DNA of 64,000 nucleotides from Camelus ferus (Eukaryota): the NCBI RefSeq assembly GCF_009834535.1, contig NC_045732.1, positions 14,322,001 to 14,386,000 on the forward strand, given 5' to 3'. The notes under the pieces were generated by a model. That model was given only the letters and a program-made list of their open reading frames with translations, was not told the origin of the DNA and did no database searches. How positions within the stretch are numbered: the first letter of the stretch is position 1; each line of letters starts with the position of its first letter. Positions 38,230-53,002 of the stretch are shown piece after piece. The position numbers and the translations under genes are program-made.

Positions 38230-41200
38230 TAATGGCAGCTACCATTTATTGTACATATGTTATGTGCCAAGTATTGGGCGTATTTTATCTCTAGTCCCCT
38301 TAATAAGCATATAAAGAATGCATCATTACCCTGATCTTTATTGATGGAGAATTGTACTCACATAGCCTTACTTTCCCAAGTTCACACAGCTAGTGAGGGC
38401 TGGAGCTGGGCTTCCAAGCCCAGTGCCGTTTGATTACAAAGCCTGTTCTCCTACATCATCCGACTTCTCGAGTAGATTTATGTCTTGATTCTTACGGCAT
38501 CATTCTCTAAAAAGTCAACTTATTTCATTTTTTTTTCTCCCTTGGAACATCTTATAACATTTGCCTCCTTGTAACGGGAAAATGCCTGTTACGAGGAGAA
38601 CATTTTGCACTGGTTTTACAAATTGAGACACAAAAGAGAGAGAGAGAGAGTCAGTGCTTCAAAGGGAAGGTAGGGATTTCCAAGGTTACACTTAAGGGAG
38701 AAGGGCAAATAAGCAAGATTCTTCATCTAACGGACAGTGTTTAGAACCAAGAGGATCTGAAATCTCCGTCACATTAACTGCATCATGTGGACCTCTTCTG
38801 GGAAAAGCCATGCTTAGAACCACTTACAAGGACTTAATTAAAAGATCTTAATTTGGGAAATGCTTTTCTACCACAAACTGAACTCTTTATAAGAAGGTTT
38901 TTCAGAAGAAGGGAAATGTTTCATTTTAATATCCACTTCACTCTAAATAAAACCAACTCTGGGTCACTGACCTAATTTAAGTTTCATAAACACTAACAGG
39001 ACTGAATCCAAGTTCAGAGTAGAAATAGATAAATATATAGTATTCCATGTCATCATCCCTTTAACACTACAGCTTTCTCCCAAACTTTTATTAGGGGATA
39101 ATTCGTATTTATATCTCTGTCAATAATGGGGAGATCTATTTGGTCTGCTAAAGTTTGAATTCGAATTTGTAAGGAAAGGCTAACAGACAAATTCAGGTGA
39201 AAAATAGTGCTGTCCCAGAGAGTAAAAATGCAACATAACCATAAACTCTAATTTATGAAAATATAAGCTGTTGCCTTTCAAAGGTGAATTGCAGATCATT
39301 TCATATGTACACCTTGACTTACTTCAGGATTTCAACAAGAAAAAAATATCTGGATGTAAGTGTGTTTCTACAGCTCAAGGTAGAGAACATTATGGAAAGT
39401 TTCAACCCTTTTTTCTTTAAAAAAGTGGAACCTTGAGCCCAGATGACTGAAACTTTCAACACCTAGTAGGCTATCAGGATAGCAGCTGACAAACGCTGAA
39501 GGTATTTTGGGGAAACTGTGCCTTTTGTTGTACATGACTGAAATAAGAAATAAAATATTGTTCTTCACCCTTTGCTCAGTCTACAATCATAGAATGGCTC
39601 ATATCTTCCTTCATCTAGGAATCCTTTTGTCTGCCAAAAGGATGAAAGCTGCACCAATACTCAGGTCACAAAATTAAAAGGGAGGAAAAGGCCTCAGGTA
39701 AGCATCTTTGAAATGGGATGTGTGCCTGTCACGACAAGATGATTATTTCTGAATGATGGAGGAAGGGGTTGGGGTTGGAAGAAAGAAACACATGCTAAAT
39801 AATCCTACTTTAAAGCCCCTGAACAAGGGTGGTCTCCTTTTGTTTTGCTGTTCTTTAAAAATTTTGGCTTATCAGTTTATAGTAGTCATGACTCTCATAT
39901 TTATATTTTCTTTATTTTTTTCTTCCTTAGTTCTTTAGGCAATGTTGGCTGCTGGAATAAAATAATATATCTGAATAAGCTTATAGTTTAGATTTCCAGA
40001 ACTTAAAAACAAAACAAACAAACAAAAAAATTGAATATTGCCAATTATTTTAAATGGAACTCCCAAGCATCAGCATGTCCTAGAGGGGCTTCCCAAGGTA
40101 GTGAGAGACTTGACAAGATACATGGCCAGGTTCCAGGAAGCTGCTTCCTTCCTGGATCCATCCTGCTGTGGAGTTCTGGGCACACCTGAAATGTTCTGGC
40201 ATGATGCTCTCTGCCTGTTGTCTTTTATTACATGAAATTTATGGCTTGGGAAAATTTTTTAAAAATACTTTAAGGTAATAATTACTCTTTAAACAGTAAC
40301 AGCAAAAAACAACAACAACAAAAACCAACCAACAAACAAAAAAGCCCAAACAAACCAATCTTTAGCAACAGTGAAGTGAAAAACAATTTTGCCTCAATTT
40401 GGGGGAAAAAAATGTTCTGAAATGTTTTGGTTCTGTTTCTTAAAATTATTTGCATTTCAGCAATTTATAAATCATCATTCAAGGGTTTCGTGGTATTTAA
40501 TGACCATGCTCTTGTCTTCCTTACAGCTGTTTTCTCAGTGGCAGTGTGAAACTAACAAAACTGATTTTTGCCACCATTTTCTATGCCTATGGTCTACCCC
40601 ACGAAGACAACCTCAAGTGGAGAACTTGCCTGGATGAGGATCAGTTCAACCTTCAGCAGCTGTCTTATCACCTAACATTTCCTTATCAGAAGAAACGCTT
40701 GGTATTAACTCACATCACTCATCTTCTAGAACACTCCTTTGGAACACTTTATTTCATAAAATCACACACGGCTATGTAACTCTCAACTGTAGTGGAAAAA
40801 TGACTCTCACCGAGCCTCCAGAATCAAAGATTAAGGCAGCAGTGGAGTTTTAATATGGTGGAGTGAGCAAAGTGAAGAAAGCAAACTTAGAAAAAGCCGT
40901 CCTCACATCTGTGGGGCGTCACAGAGAGGGACGTGGGGGCGGGGCACCAGAAAGAGGGGGATCACAGAGACGGATGACAAGGGAACTTTCTGTAGGAGAC
41001 AAATTTGATTTTGTTTCACCATCTCTAGGGTTTATCCATTCAGAGAAATCATTGCCAGAAAGCCATCTTATCATTGTAAATGTGACAGTGATTTTTTCAG
41101 GAAAGGAGCACTTTTATCGAATATATTGTTTAGATATAAAATGGAAGAGGTGGAGTCGTTTTCTCTGAAAAATACAGATATGGAAGTAACTACCAAACAG

Positions 41201-41998
41201 AGATAAATCAATTTCCAAGGGAAATGATCGGATTCAGTGGCTTTTTAACCTTCCAAGAAACCTATTTTATGAGTGTACTTCAGAGGAAGGGCTACACAAA
41301 CAGTGAAAAGGACTAAGATTGTCATAAGAGCTAAACACAGAACTCTCCAGATTAATTGTGATGGCTTCACTCCCACCGCCTTGGCCTGACTCCACAGTCA
41401 CTCCCAAGGACTCCTTGGAGGCATCTCTAGCTATCAGATGTAATATTCAAATCTGCTCACATTTATTCAAAAGAAATCTGAATAAAATGTCCTCTTGTAA
41501 ATCACTGAGACAATGAGAAAGAATTAAGAGATTTACAATTGATTTCTTCACTGGTTGAAAAGAAAACCTCATCCCATTTTCCTTAGCAGAGCGGTTTTTT
41601 TTTCCTTCTTGAACGGATGATCTAATCACATCGTCTTATTTTCAGACTTTCCAGTTGAAAAAAACACTCCCTTGGACAGAATTATTGACTGGCTTATTGC
41701 TTGAGTAGAACAGAGGCACCGTGATGATGATTATTACTAGCTTAAATTTGCTAGAGATCTTCAAAATGAAGACCCCTCCTAAGAATGCAGATAATGAAAA
41801 TTTTTATGCTCTAAGAGCATCTATACTACATAACTTGTTTTAACTTACATAAAGGTATTTAACTTTTACAGAAACTGGGTATGTTATAGACATTGCATCA
41901 AACAGTAAGATTATATCAAGTGGAAACACATTTATTTAAGGCTGGTATATTTGTGGTCTGGGATATGAGTTTCCACCAACCAGCTGTGAGGCCTAAAC

Positions 41999-42190
41999 CA
42001 GGGGTTAACCCTGGGGCCAAACTGGCCAGCCACCTGTTTTTATATAGTTTCGCTGGCACAAGCCACGCCCATTTATTTACAGACTGTCTATGGCTGCTTT
42101 CACTGGAGGGCAAAGCAGTCCCGATGGAAACCATCTGACTTGCAAAATCAACAAGACTTAGTAGCTGGCTCTTAATGTCTGCTGATTCCT
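41999..42190 (-). mobile_element. MER58A (hAT-Charlie)
   Basis: cctgtttttatatag...agccacgcccatttatttacagactgtctatggctgctttc. Confidence 0.7.
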
Positions 42191-43251
42191 GCCTTTATAA
42201 ACTCATCTGGGCCTCAGTGTCCCCATTTGTAATTGAGAGATTGGGCGAGATTGATGTTTTTCAACCAAGTTTGCATATTAGCATCCCTTGCGGAGTTCTG
42301 AGAAAATCGTAGGGCCTGAGCTGCATCCCAGAGAACCTTGCTCCACTGGGCTGGGCCCCTGCTCAAGGTGATCTCTGTGCACCTGGGGCAAGAGCCACTG
42401 GACTTAATGATGACAAAGGCCCCTCCAGCTCAGGGCTTCCACGAGGCCCACCTCTTGTAAAATAAACAGCGTCTGCCTGCAGGAACAAACACTTAAAAAT
42501 GATGCCGAATAACTCGGCCTTGGCACTAAAGACTCACATTGGATTTTTGCCCTTCCAAACCTCCAACTTGAGGGGTTCAGACTCTACAGTTTTGCAAAGA
42601 TAAACATTCAGAGCTGTATAAATATAAACAGTTCCTTTGGAAGCCAGATTTAAAATCAACGAACAGATTTAATGAGTAACTTCTGATCTATAGAAATAAT
42701 TCACTTTGAATGTATCACAGTTAAAACGATCATCCCTCAAATATAAGCCATATGGGTGAAAATCTCAGCTGCTGACCTGGTCTCTGCAGACTTCCCACTT
42801 GGTAGAAAGCCCCAGGCTGTCTCTGATACAGACAGTTACGCCCGGAAGTAGTCCTGAACATGAGATGCAATACCTAGGAGATCTGCAGGACAGCAGATAA
42901 TATCAAGTGTACCTAAATCATGTTTGGGAAAGGGATTAAATACTATTTAATAATAAGTCTTTGGAGCTTTAAATAACGCTGAAACAGCCTGAAGGACGGC
43001 ATGTGTGGACACAGACTGCTCCAGACAGGCTGGGGGTCTGGGGTGGCGGAAGCCTGCTGTGCACAGCCTGGGGGCGGACTGCCAGCCTGCCGCTCAGGGC
43101 GTCCACAGATGGCAAGAGGGAATTCTGCAAGGGCTGAGCTCTCTCCTCTCAAAACAGATTTGGTTTTGAAGGTCAGAGAGACAAGTCAATGCCTCTGAGA
43201 GTCAAGGTCAGCATTTCCCATTGAATTGCCAGCAAAGATGCTTTGGTTAAA

Positions 43252-43415
43252 TTCAGGTGTCCTAGCCTTGGCCCCACTGACATTTGGGGCCGTTTGATTC
43301 TCTGCTGTGGGGGCCGTCTGGTGCATTTAGGACATTTAGCAGCATCCCTGGCCTTGATTCACTGGATGCCAGCATCAGCCCCCTCGCCCTTTAGGTTGTC
43401 ATAATAAAGCGACTG
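43252..43415 (-). mobile_element. MER20
   Basis: actgacatttggggccg...aggacatttagcagcatccctggcc...actggatgccagca. Confidence 0.75.
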
Positions 43416-44034
43416 TGTGCTGCTAAGTCTACCCTCTACGGTCTTCATGATTTCTTATCATCCTGCTTCAAAGGGGAATTAAAGCTAACTCTGTTCTGAG
43501 GCAGCAGAACATAAAATACATATACATAAAAATATATACGTACATAGTGTTATTCTTATCCTACCCCTTGTGAATGACAAATATTTTATCACCTCTGTCT
43601 GAACTGAAGTTTTTTAAAATTCAAAGGTCTCTATAATACCTTCTTGAAAGAAATCATTGGGGAGCAATATGTAGATTCAGAAATGAATGCAGCGACCTGA
43701 AAGGCGCCATTTTACTTGCTTATGTATTCAAATTTCAAAAGAATAGCTGGTGAGCTATGACTTCTCTTTTCTACTTGATGGGCAAATTGTACCATATCAT
43801 CTGATTAAATTATTATGGGCTGTTCCATTTGTTTCAATAAGTATTTACTAGTTTACTAGTGATAAAATACCCTGTAGCCTTTTAAAATGCTCTCTAGTCG
43901 CTGAAAAATGAATAATCAGATACAAAAGAACTATGAGATACAGCACCTGGACTTGAGAAATGGACAAACGGTTGAGGCAGGAAGGCTTGCGCCCAAAGAA
44001 TGTTTATAAAATAATACAGAACACACACTACGTT

Positions 44035-44160
44035 CAATAGCTTATAATAACCTGTAAGGAATATATATATATTATAACTGAATCACTATGCTATATACTA
44101 GAAATTAATGTAACACTGTAAATCAAACGTCAATAAAAAATTTAAAAACATAAATAAAAA
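44035..44160 (+). mobile_element. Short L1 3' fragment
   Basis: ataataacctgtaaggaatatat...actgaatcactatgctatatactagaaattaatg...tcaataaaaaa. Confidence 0.75.
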
Positions 44161-44285
44161 ATAAAAGAATCAGACTGCTATGTGATTATGAAGGGGTGGT
44201 AAACAATCTTGGAATTGTCTAAGACTAGAGAATTCTGTGAAAGCTAAGCTAGAGTAGTCTTCAGTAAGCCTAGAGTTAGTCCTTT

Positions 44286-44510
44286 AAATTAGGAGTTTGG
44301 AATTAGCAGATACACATTACTATGTATAAAACAGATAAACAACAATGACCTACTGGATAGCACAGGGAACTATATTCAGTTTCTTGTAATAACATAATGG
44401 AAAATAATATAAAAAGAAAAAATAAGTTTATATGAGTATAACTGAATTGCTTTACTATACACCTGAAACTAACATTGTAAATCAACTACACTTCAATAAA
44501 AAATTCTATA
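44286..44510 (+). mobile_element. L1 3'-UTR fragment
   Basis: aattaggagtttggaattagcagatacac...agcacagggaactatattc...caactacacttcaataaaaa. Confidence 0.82.
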
Positions 44511-46965
44511 AAAAAGAATTTACAAAAAAAAGAATAATCTGGACTTAGTAAAAGAGGAGATGGAATGACTGAAGAGGAAGACTATTCACTTTTATTTTAT
44601 CAACTTTGTATTATCTGAATTCTTAGAAGAACCCATGTCTTTATAACTACCAAGAAGACTTAAAATGTGGAATAAAGGGGGAAGATGGAAGCCTTCAGGG
44701 ATAATAGTAAAGGAGAGAAGGGCCACTATCTTTTGTCCAGGGCTTCCCAAGGGTCAAGCATTACAGGCTTTAATCCTCAATTATACCTCTATTGTACCAA
44801 TGAACAAATAAGGCTTATAAAATTTAGTTGTAGTTTTTTCCTTAACCTAAGTTCATGCAAATTTAAAATGGCAAAGCCAGGGCACAAGTTGAAATCGGAC
44901 TCCAAACCCGTTTTAGGCCTTCTGAATCAGAACCTGCATTTTAACAAGACCCCCAAGTGTTTCCCGTGTACATTTATATTTGAGACATTTGGGTCTAAGA
45001 AACTAATTTAAACTTACAGTTCTCACTGACAAGCAATCCTGGAAAGAGGAATGGATAACAGATTCCAAACTTTTGTTATTGACTAACATGTGGTGTCCAT
45101 TTTCATGGGTATCCATGCTTTGCCAAGAATAACTAAATAGGAATAAGAACTCAATTAGGTCTCTTAAGCGATTTGAAATGTCAAACTCAGAGACCAAGGT
45201 TCTAAATTTACATTTTTAACTAGGACAAATAAATAATCACATTTTCAAGTGATGAAATACATTTAGAGATCATCAGAGTTTTCATTTCATCCCTTCATTT
45301 AACCCTAAAGTATAGAGTAGCTGGTGAATATTAAACAATTCAACATTACTGTAAGAAAATAAAAATTATTCCACATGGTTTGCATATTTCATTTTCATAT
45401 TTTTACTCATTTATAGTAGAATGGAAAATATATCATCTTCAACCTAGTCACCACTTTAGAGGAAACATCTTTGCTTAGCCCAGGGAGGCCTTGTGTCAGA
45501 AGTTAAGGCAAAAGCACTTTGTCTCTCCATCACTCAAGCTCCAAGCTCTTTTTCCTTCTCACTAATTTTTTGAAGTGTAGCATTTTTTGAAGTTTGGGCC
45601 ATAGTTCTTTCTGCCTTAATCACAGGTGATGATTAGTTATGGGCAAGATGCGGTCCCTGGGTCTGAGCCTCCAGACTTCCATTTCTCTAACCATAGCTAT
45701 GTTATTTAATTTCCTGTGGCTTCGTGTTCCACATAGTTCCTACTAACTTAGCTTCTCCCACCCACTAGACACTGGGATAGACACCTGGACCTATATTATC
45801 TCATTTAATCCTCCCAAGATCTCTAACGAGCAGGTATTATCATTCCCACATTTTTTGCAGGGGAGACACGGTTGTTCCAAGGATCAAATAATACTTGAAA
45901 GTGCTTTGCAAACTGTCAATCTGGAGATTTCCAAATGCTAGTCATTACTCTTGGTAATAGCTGGTTCTCAGTGTTGAATAAACAAATACCCCTGAACCGC
46001 ATCACACAACAACTTAAAGCAGCCTCTTGGAGATAACTCCCCTTCCCTTTCCCACCACCCAGCCCTGGTCTACAAGACTTTCTTCTAGAGGTGCAAAGGC
46101 AGTGTGGTGGCCCTGCAGACTATGTTTCTAGATGAATTTCTAGAATAAAAGAGAAACTGGAAACTCTTCATTGGATAAGCTGAATACTATACATGTGTGA
46201 GATCCTTGTCTGCTGGGACCCCCTCAGAGCTTCATTCAGCAATCCAGGGGCAAGAAAAGCACCTCCCTCCAAGCTCCAGGGGTGGCATTTGTATGGGCAC
46301 CTTAATTCTCCTAGATTGTCCAGAAGTGACAGGCCACAGTCAGCATGAGTCTGAAAGCCTGCCATGTCACTCCTCTCAGCCTTAACCCTGACGATGCCAA
46401 TCAAGAGCAGCTGAGCTCTGGATAGCCATGTCAAGGGTCAAAGGAGCAAGAATCAACCTCTACCCAGCCAGGATATTCATACTAACATCTACGTTCGTAA
46501 AAATTCCGTCACAGATGAAGCCAGCCCACCAGCTGGCTTGGCAACACAATAGCACTTCCCTCCCCCCGTGGCCTTGCAGCGGCCTCCTGGAGATGGTCCT
46601 TGCAGAGTGGAAATGACATAAACTGCTCCCAAGCCTGGATATGTACCTGACCCGGGAGCCCTGCTCAGGAAGGAAACGGAGACCTCTGAGGAAAGCACGT
46701 GAGGAGAGCCGACAGCCCAGCCTGTGAACAGTGGACCTTTAATAAGACAGGGTCTGGCCCAGACTGTTTCCCGGACTGGAGTCCTCGTATTCTGCCTTCC
46801 CTGCCTCTCCCCAGGAACGCACTGCGTGAACGTCACTGTGCTCCCCGCTGAATGCTGCTTTTCCTTGAAATGTGTTTTTCCCTTCAGCTTTTGGAATTAG
46901 GCGATTTCCAGAGAGCAACCCCTAAGTCAGCAATTTTGGACTATTAGTCATATTAAAAACTATTT

Positions 46966-47404
46966 CATGAATAATGCCATTGTCAGCAACCTCGAGATGA
47001 TCATACGAGGTGAAGTCAGTCAGACAGTGAAAGACAAATATCATATGCTATCACTTAAATGTGGAATCTAAAACAATGACACAAATGAACTTATTTACCA
47101 AACAGAAAAAGACTCACAGACATAGAAAACAAACTTATGGCTACCAAAGGGGGAAGCGGAGGGGGATAAATCGGGAGTTTGGGATTAGCAGACACACATA
47201 CTCCATACAAAATAAATGAACAACAAGGTCCTACTGTACAGCATAGGGAACTATATTCAATAACTTGTAATAAACTATAATGAAAAGGAATACAAGAAAG
47301 AATATATATATAAAAATATATATAACTGAATCACTATGCTGTACACCAGACACTAACACAACATTGTAAACTAACTATACTTCAGTTTAAAAAAATGAAA
47401 AAAA
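46966..47404 (+). mobile_element. L1 3' fragment
   Basis: gatcatacgaggtgaagtcagtcagacagtgaaagacaaatatcatatg...ctgtacaccagacactaacacaacattgtaaac; possible degenerate TSD ctatttcatgaat / ctatctcatggat. Confidence 0.88.
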
Positions 47405-49416
47405 CCCAACGCTATCTCATGGATTGAATTTCACATAACTCTCTTCATAGCTTTTTTATATACTCTTATCACATGTTATAATTATGTCTAGACCATGGAA
47501 GCAACAACTTATCTTTGTTACTCATTCCTGCATTCCCAGAGTTGACCCAGTGCTTATCTCATTAGCTAAACACAAAGATCCCTTGGGTGAATAAATAAGA
47601 GTTTTCTTTTCTTAAAAAAAAAAAAAAAAAAGCAGGATTTGATGACGCAGATGGGGAAGGAGAGCACTTATAAAGACACAAAAGCGGGTAAAAGCTTTTC
47701 ATGATTTCCATGTTGTTTCAGTAATAAGCTAGTCTATCCCAATGTGAATAAAACTTGTAATTTTCCTGATTTTTTCCCCACAAAAGCAGCAAAGGAGATA
47801 TAAGGGAGGAGTAGGTGATACCACCACTGTTCTATGCATTCATTCTGTCCCTAAAGTCCAGAAGAGAGCATGGGGAACAAAATCCCCAGGTCGCTACAGC
47901 GGAGTGGCTGAAAGCTTTCCCCTCCTTCTGCAAGCTCCTTCACTTCAGAGCTTTCCTCCTCCACCAGCCCTAACCAGTACTGAAACACCCCCTTCTTCCT
48001 AGTCTAAGGGAGACAGCTGCTAACACAGAGCCCAGGGCTGTCTCGCTCCATCCTTCGCTCACACACCAAAGGCAACCTACAAGAAAACAGAAACCGGGCC
48101 AACTGAGCTTGTGATTGGTTCAGGCTGCCTGCACGTCATGTCACCTCTATGTACCTCATCTGTCTATATGTGTCTGAAAGTGACAGTCATGGCATAAACC
48201 CGACTGCCAGCTTCTCTTTCCTAGGAAACAGTCATAGGTCCTGTCAACACCTGGGGTGTCAATTCCATCCGGTACACCAGGAACATGAAAGACTAGCTCG
48301 TCCCCCTGGATTTCAAAATGGTGCTTGTTTTTCAAGCCATTTCTTTCAGTCCACCAGTCATTGCTTCTTATAAGTCCACTTTTACTACTTAGCTTGGTTT
48401 AAAAAGAAGGACAAATCAAAGTTTCCAGCCAATTATAATTCCCCTGAGGGTTGTTCAGAATTTCCCATGTCAGCCAGAAACACAAATCGACCCTATAACC
48501 ACTGAGTAATTTATGATGCTGCCAGGAAATCCACGATTGGATTACACCAATGAAGCCTTTATTGTAACAGTAAATGCCCAGATAGAATAATACCTCATGT
48601 TCATGGAACGCTTACTATGTGCCAGTCATCGTGGTAGACACTTTACAAGCATTTTCTTTTTTGATGAAAAATGCAAAAATGTGCTCTTCTGTTAGCTTAA
48701 CAGCTATCCTCATGGGTAGACAAAGACCTTAAGTATTATGCCCAAAAGTCCCAAACATAAAGTGAATTAAGTTTTAAGTGGATTTTGTAAATGAAGTTTT
48801 ATCAGATTTTTCCAGAATGCTTATGTTACATATCGAGAACAAATCCAATCTTTGGCTACATTCACTTCCTCAGGCCACTTGTGTCTTCTTCATTATTTAC
48901 CTAGCCAGTATCAAAAAACTGACTAATCTCTTTAAGAATAACCTAATTTCTGTTTTGTCAATGACAGAGAATGAAACAGAATTTTGCAAATCACTGTTTT
49001 AAAAAATGAAATATTTAGTTCATGTAATTTCAGCAAATCGTATGCACTTTAGCTTTGTAACTGGCCAAGATGAATTGTGTTCTTTCAAAACTTTTCAACT
49101 TAAATGCAAGTACCAGGCACAAGTTGATGCTCCTCACTTAGGTTGACTCACTTTATCTACTTCAGTAAAATTAAGTAGTTATCTATATATTAAGACATTC
49201 AGGAAAAAATCACCCTAAGAGGGAAATTAGGAGCCCCTTTGAAGCTGCAATGACCATTCATTTATCTCTACACAAGGATCTCCTTTCCTCTGTAGTGTCC
49301 CCAAGGTCATCTGGGGCCATCTCTGTGAACTCAGCTCCTGGCATGAGGTCTGGCTCTTTAAGACAACCCAGTGTACACTGGCTCAACTGGAGAAAATGTT
49401 GGCATGGAGATGTCTT

Positions 49417-49544
49417 TATGGGGGGGGGGTGTTGGCTTATTTATTTATTATTAGGTGTTTTTAAAATGGAGGTACTGGGGACTGAACCCAGGACCTTGTG
49501 CATGCTAAGCAGGCGCTCTACCACTGAGCTACATCCTCCCCCCA
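49417..49544 (-). mobile_element. Vic-1-type SINE
   Basis: Minus strand gggaggatgtagctcagtggtagagcgcctgcttagcatgcacaaggtcctgggttcagtccccagtacctcc; 15-bp TSD gcatggagat(g/a)tctt at 49402-49416 and 49545-49559. Confidence 0.9.
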
Positions 49545-52538
49545 GCATGGAGATATCTTAAGGCAGCTTTTTTGGTGGCCCTAGAGGCATCATCCCACAT
49601 CCATGATGGTGGCCTACAGCCTGGCCAGGTGCCAGCATAAAATCACCGCGTTTAGTCTCCAAACCTCAAAAGAAACCTTAGAAATGACTGAACCACTTGA
49701 AAGGCGATGCTGTCCAAACTGGCACCGTCAGCTGCAGTAGCAAGTAGTCAAAGAGCCACAGAACAACCAGGCAGCAGAGGACGTGTCTTCTAGTCCTAGC
49801 TCAACGTCCTCTTGCCAGGTGATCTGGAGCAACCCCTTTTAGCACTCTCAACTTCCTCATCTGCAGAATGGGGATGAAACATCATGACCTTCAAGGATGC
49901 TTCTGACTATAAAACATTCCTTAGGTTTGTGGTAGACATTCAGAGGTTTGAAAAGCATTCTATAGTCACTTCAAAAGCCAGAAGAAATAAGCACCCATCA
50001 CCAGTATGTCCCTGCACCAGGAAAGCAGGAAAAGAATCGCATTTATGCCTGGATCCAAGAGCCAATCAGCAATGACCACTCCTACTTCCTTAGTCTTCAT
50101 GGACAAGACTCACCCATTTGCATGTTTCTGTTGACAGTGTGTGTGTGTGTGTGTGGGGGGGGGGTTGACCTATGATACTACTTCACTTCACCAATTGAAA
50201 AAGAGACCACAAAAATCTAAAGCAATGTGAACATCTTTCCCCTCTTCTATTTCTTCCGTGCACCCAAGGACCCTAATCTTTCTGACATCCTCATCTGACC
50301 CTACCTTCAGAAAATATACACATCAGTGTCTCTCTCTCGAAAACAAAATCACTTCAGTGTTACGCTATAGAGAAGAGTAAAAATGCCCCCAAACCCTTAA
50401 CCTGGCATTCAAAGACTCAAACTCTTCCCCCAACAGGACTCTTGCGACATCCTCTCTCCCTGGCCCCTCCATCGGCACCCTGTGCTCCAGCCAGCATTGT
50501 CTAGAATCCCTAAGCTGTCTTGCGGATTCCTGCCAACAGGTCTCTGCTGGCCTCACTCCCGAGGAACGCCCCACTTTTCTTCTTTGATGCATAATCCACC
50601 GATCTGTCAGGGCGGCTTAAAGCCCACCACCCTGAAGCAAGATTTCTTGTCTATTCAAAACCAGAGTCAGTCCTTCCTCCTCCGAACCCTGAAGCACTCC
50701 TCCAACCCATCAATTCTGCGCCTGTCCATCAACAAGTGTTTACTCACTGTTGTGCCTCTCTGCCCTGCCAGGTGCTGGAGACACAGAAACAGAAGAGCAC
50801 ACGAAAGCAACAACGTGGACCCTTATCTCACACGCAAATAAGACAAGCGGTGGTTAAAAAATAATTGGCGGGCTGTCTGCCTTCCAAGTCCACACCTTAA
50901 CCATCACGCCATTCTACTCCCTGGTTTCTTACAATATTATGTTCTAACATAGTGCCAGGCACAATGCTGAGGATTTACATGCAATTGAATTTGTTTTCCC
51001 AAGTTTCTATGGAAGTAAGTACGTTAGTAGTCCTGTTTCACAGGCGAACTTAAGCTAAGCAACAGGCTCCAGAGTTACATATGTTTACACAGCCATGTGA
51101 CTACACGGTACCTTGTGTACTTGTCTGTTCATTTCCCAGAACTCTGAGCTTCTCAAAAGTGAGTCCAATAACAATAAATTATCAGGCAATAAGACATTCC
51201 TCTCTGCAGGTGAGGGAGAGAGAGGGGATGCATCGGGGAATAGACAGATGAGGAAGAGAACAGAATAGGATGGAGCCTTGAGATTACTGTCAAAAACATA
51301 TCCCTGGAGATGTTTTCTTTTACTCCATATATCATAATTTCTTTTTGTACCAAAGTAAGAAAATTAAAATAAAGGTTTAACATATTTTACAAATATTCAG
51401 AAACCCTATTTCATCACATGGGAAGTTTCAAAAAATATCCTGCAGATGAAAGAAATGGTCCTATGAAATAAGCAGGCGCCAAAATGCATTTTGAAGGGGC
51501 CAGTTGGAACTGGTGAGACCTCATGTAACCAAAACATGTTGGAAGACAGACATCTGACTTACTCACATACTCCGACGGCATCATACGGCGAAATGTCGTT
51601 AAGGTTTATCTACATTTTAGATTCAAATCTAGCCTCGAATTCGGGTGAACCAGTTTGAAAAAAGATATAGGGTTGCACAAGGGATGTTGTAAGTGTTAAA
51701 AATAAAAAAGAATGACGGATACCCAATAATTTACAGACATCTAGTAAATCTGACATTGTTTTCTAATAAAAGCTTGGTCATGGTAGGTGTAATGGTCCTT
51801 ATTCCAGGAAGCCTTTCTCCATTTCTCAGGTCTGGGGTTGGTGTCCCTGCTTTGGGAACAGTGTACCTCCCTCCACCATCAACAGAGAAAACATTCACCT
51901 GCTGGAACTCTCTGCTAAAGTACTAGCTCTGTGAAGGAGGCAGACTGTTTCTGTTCATAGTGTCTTCATTTATGAAGCATTTATTAACTTACCTTTTCAT
52001 GATCTCTCAAAAAAAAAAAAAAAAAACAACCCTATATGTCAGATACAGTTGATGGGAGGGTAAATGAAATAACAGGTCTAATGGGTCTACTGAGTGTCCA
52101 TCATATACTGACACAGAACAAAGGTGAACTGTTCTACACTTACCTGGGATCTAGTTTATCGAAGTTCACCCCATGAAATTTTAACCAACAAAACGCAGTA
52201 GAGACCAAAATGATGATTCACGTCCAGTGAGATAAAATATCAGGTAATATCTGGCTCTGCCCTAATTTAGAAATTATCTTACAAAATGCTTTTCATTTAT
52301 AAAATGAATATTTGCAATATAATTATGAATTTAATTTAAACTTTCGTATAGCATTACGATCATCAATGAAGCAGCTGACAAGTATTTATTGAGAATGAAT
52401 TATCTGCAAGTCTTAGGTGAGTGATGGAACAGTGGGAGCCAAAGGTCTCTGCCTAACTTAAGGTGATTAAATCATTGATGGAGACACACCATCTGTTCAA
52501 ATTGACTAGATAACTAGGTATACACTGGAGTAAGTGAC

Positions 52539-52971
52539 TGTTATGGATTCGTAAGTGCCTCCCCCCCACTCAATTTCATACCCTGAAGTCCTAACTCTGA
52601 ATATTTCTGAATGTGACCTTATTTAGGAATAAATTCATTGTCACCATAAATGGTTACGATGAGGTCATACTGGAGTAGAGTGGGTCCTTAATCCAACATG
52701 ACTGGTATCCTTTTAAGAAGGGGACGTTTGAACACAAAGACAAGCACACGGAGAATGCCATGCGACGAGACACAGGGAGAAGACAGACACCTGCAACCCA
52801 AGGAGAGAGGCCTGGAATACATCCTTCCCTCACAGCCCTCAAAAGAAATCAACTCTGCTGACACCTTGATTTTGGACTTCTACCCTCCTGAACTGTGACA
52901 CAATAAATTTCTTTCCTTTAGGCCACCTAGTCTGTGGTCCTTTGATGTGGCAGCCCTAGCAGAGTAACACA
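52539..52971 (+). mobile_element. MaLR solo LTR (MLT1A/B-like), apparently full length
   Basis: TG...CA termini; tgtgaccttattt...gaggtcatactggagtagagtggg...gacaccttgattttggacttc...aataaatttc...ggcagccctagcag. Confidence 0.8.
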
Positions 52972-53002
52972 GCAATAAACACTAAATTCTTCTCATAGAT
53001 GA

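Noticed and set aside
37956-38294. ORF with a poly-Ala tract
   Set aside because: Translation of an L1 tail plus the (AGC)n microsatellite.
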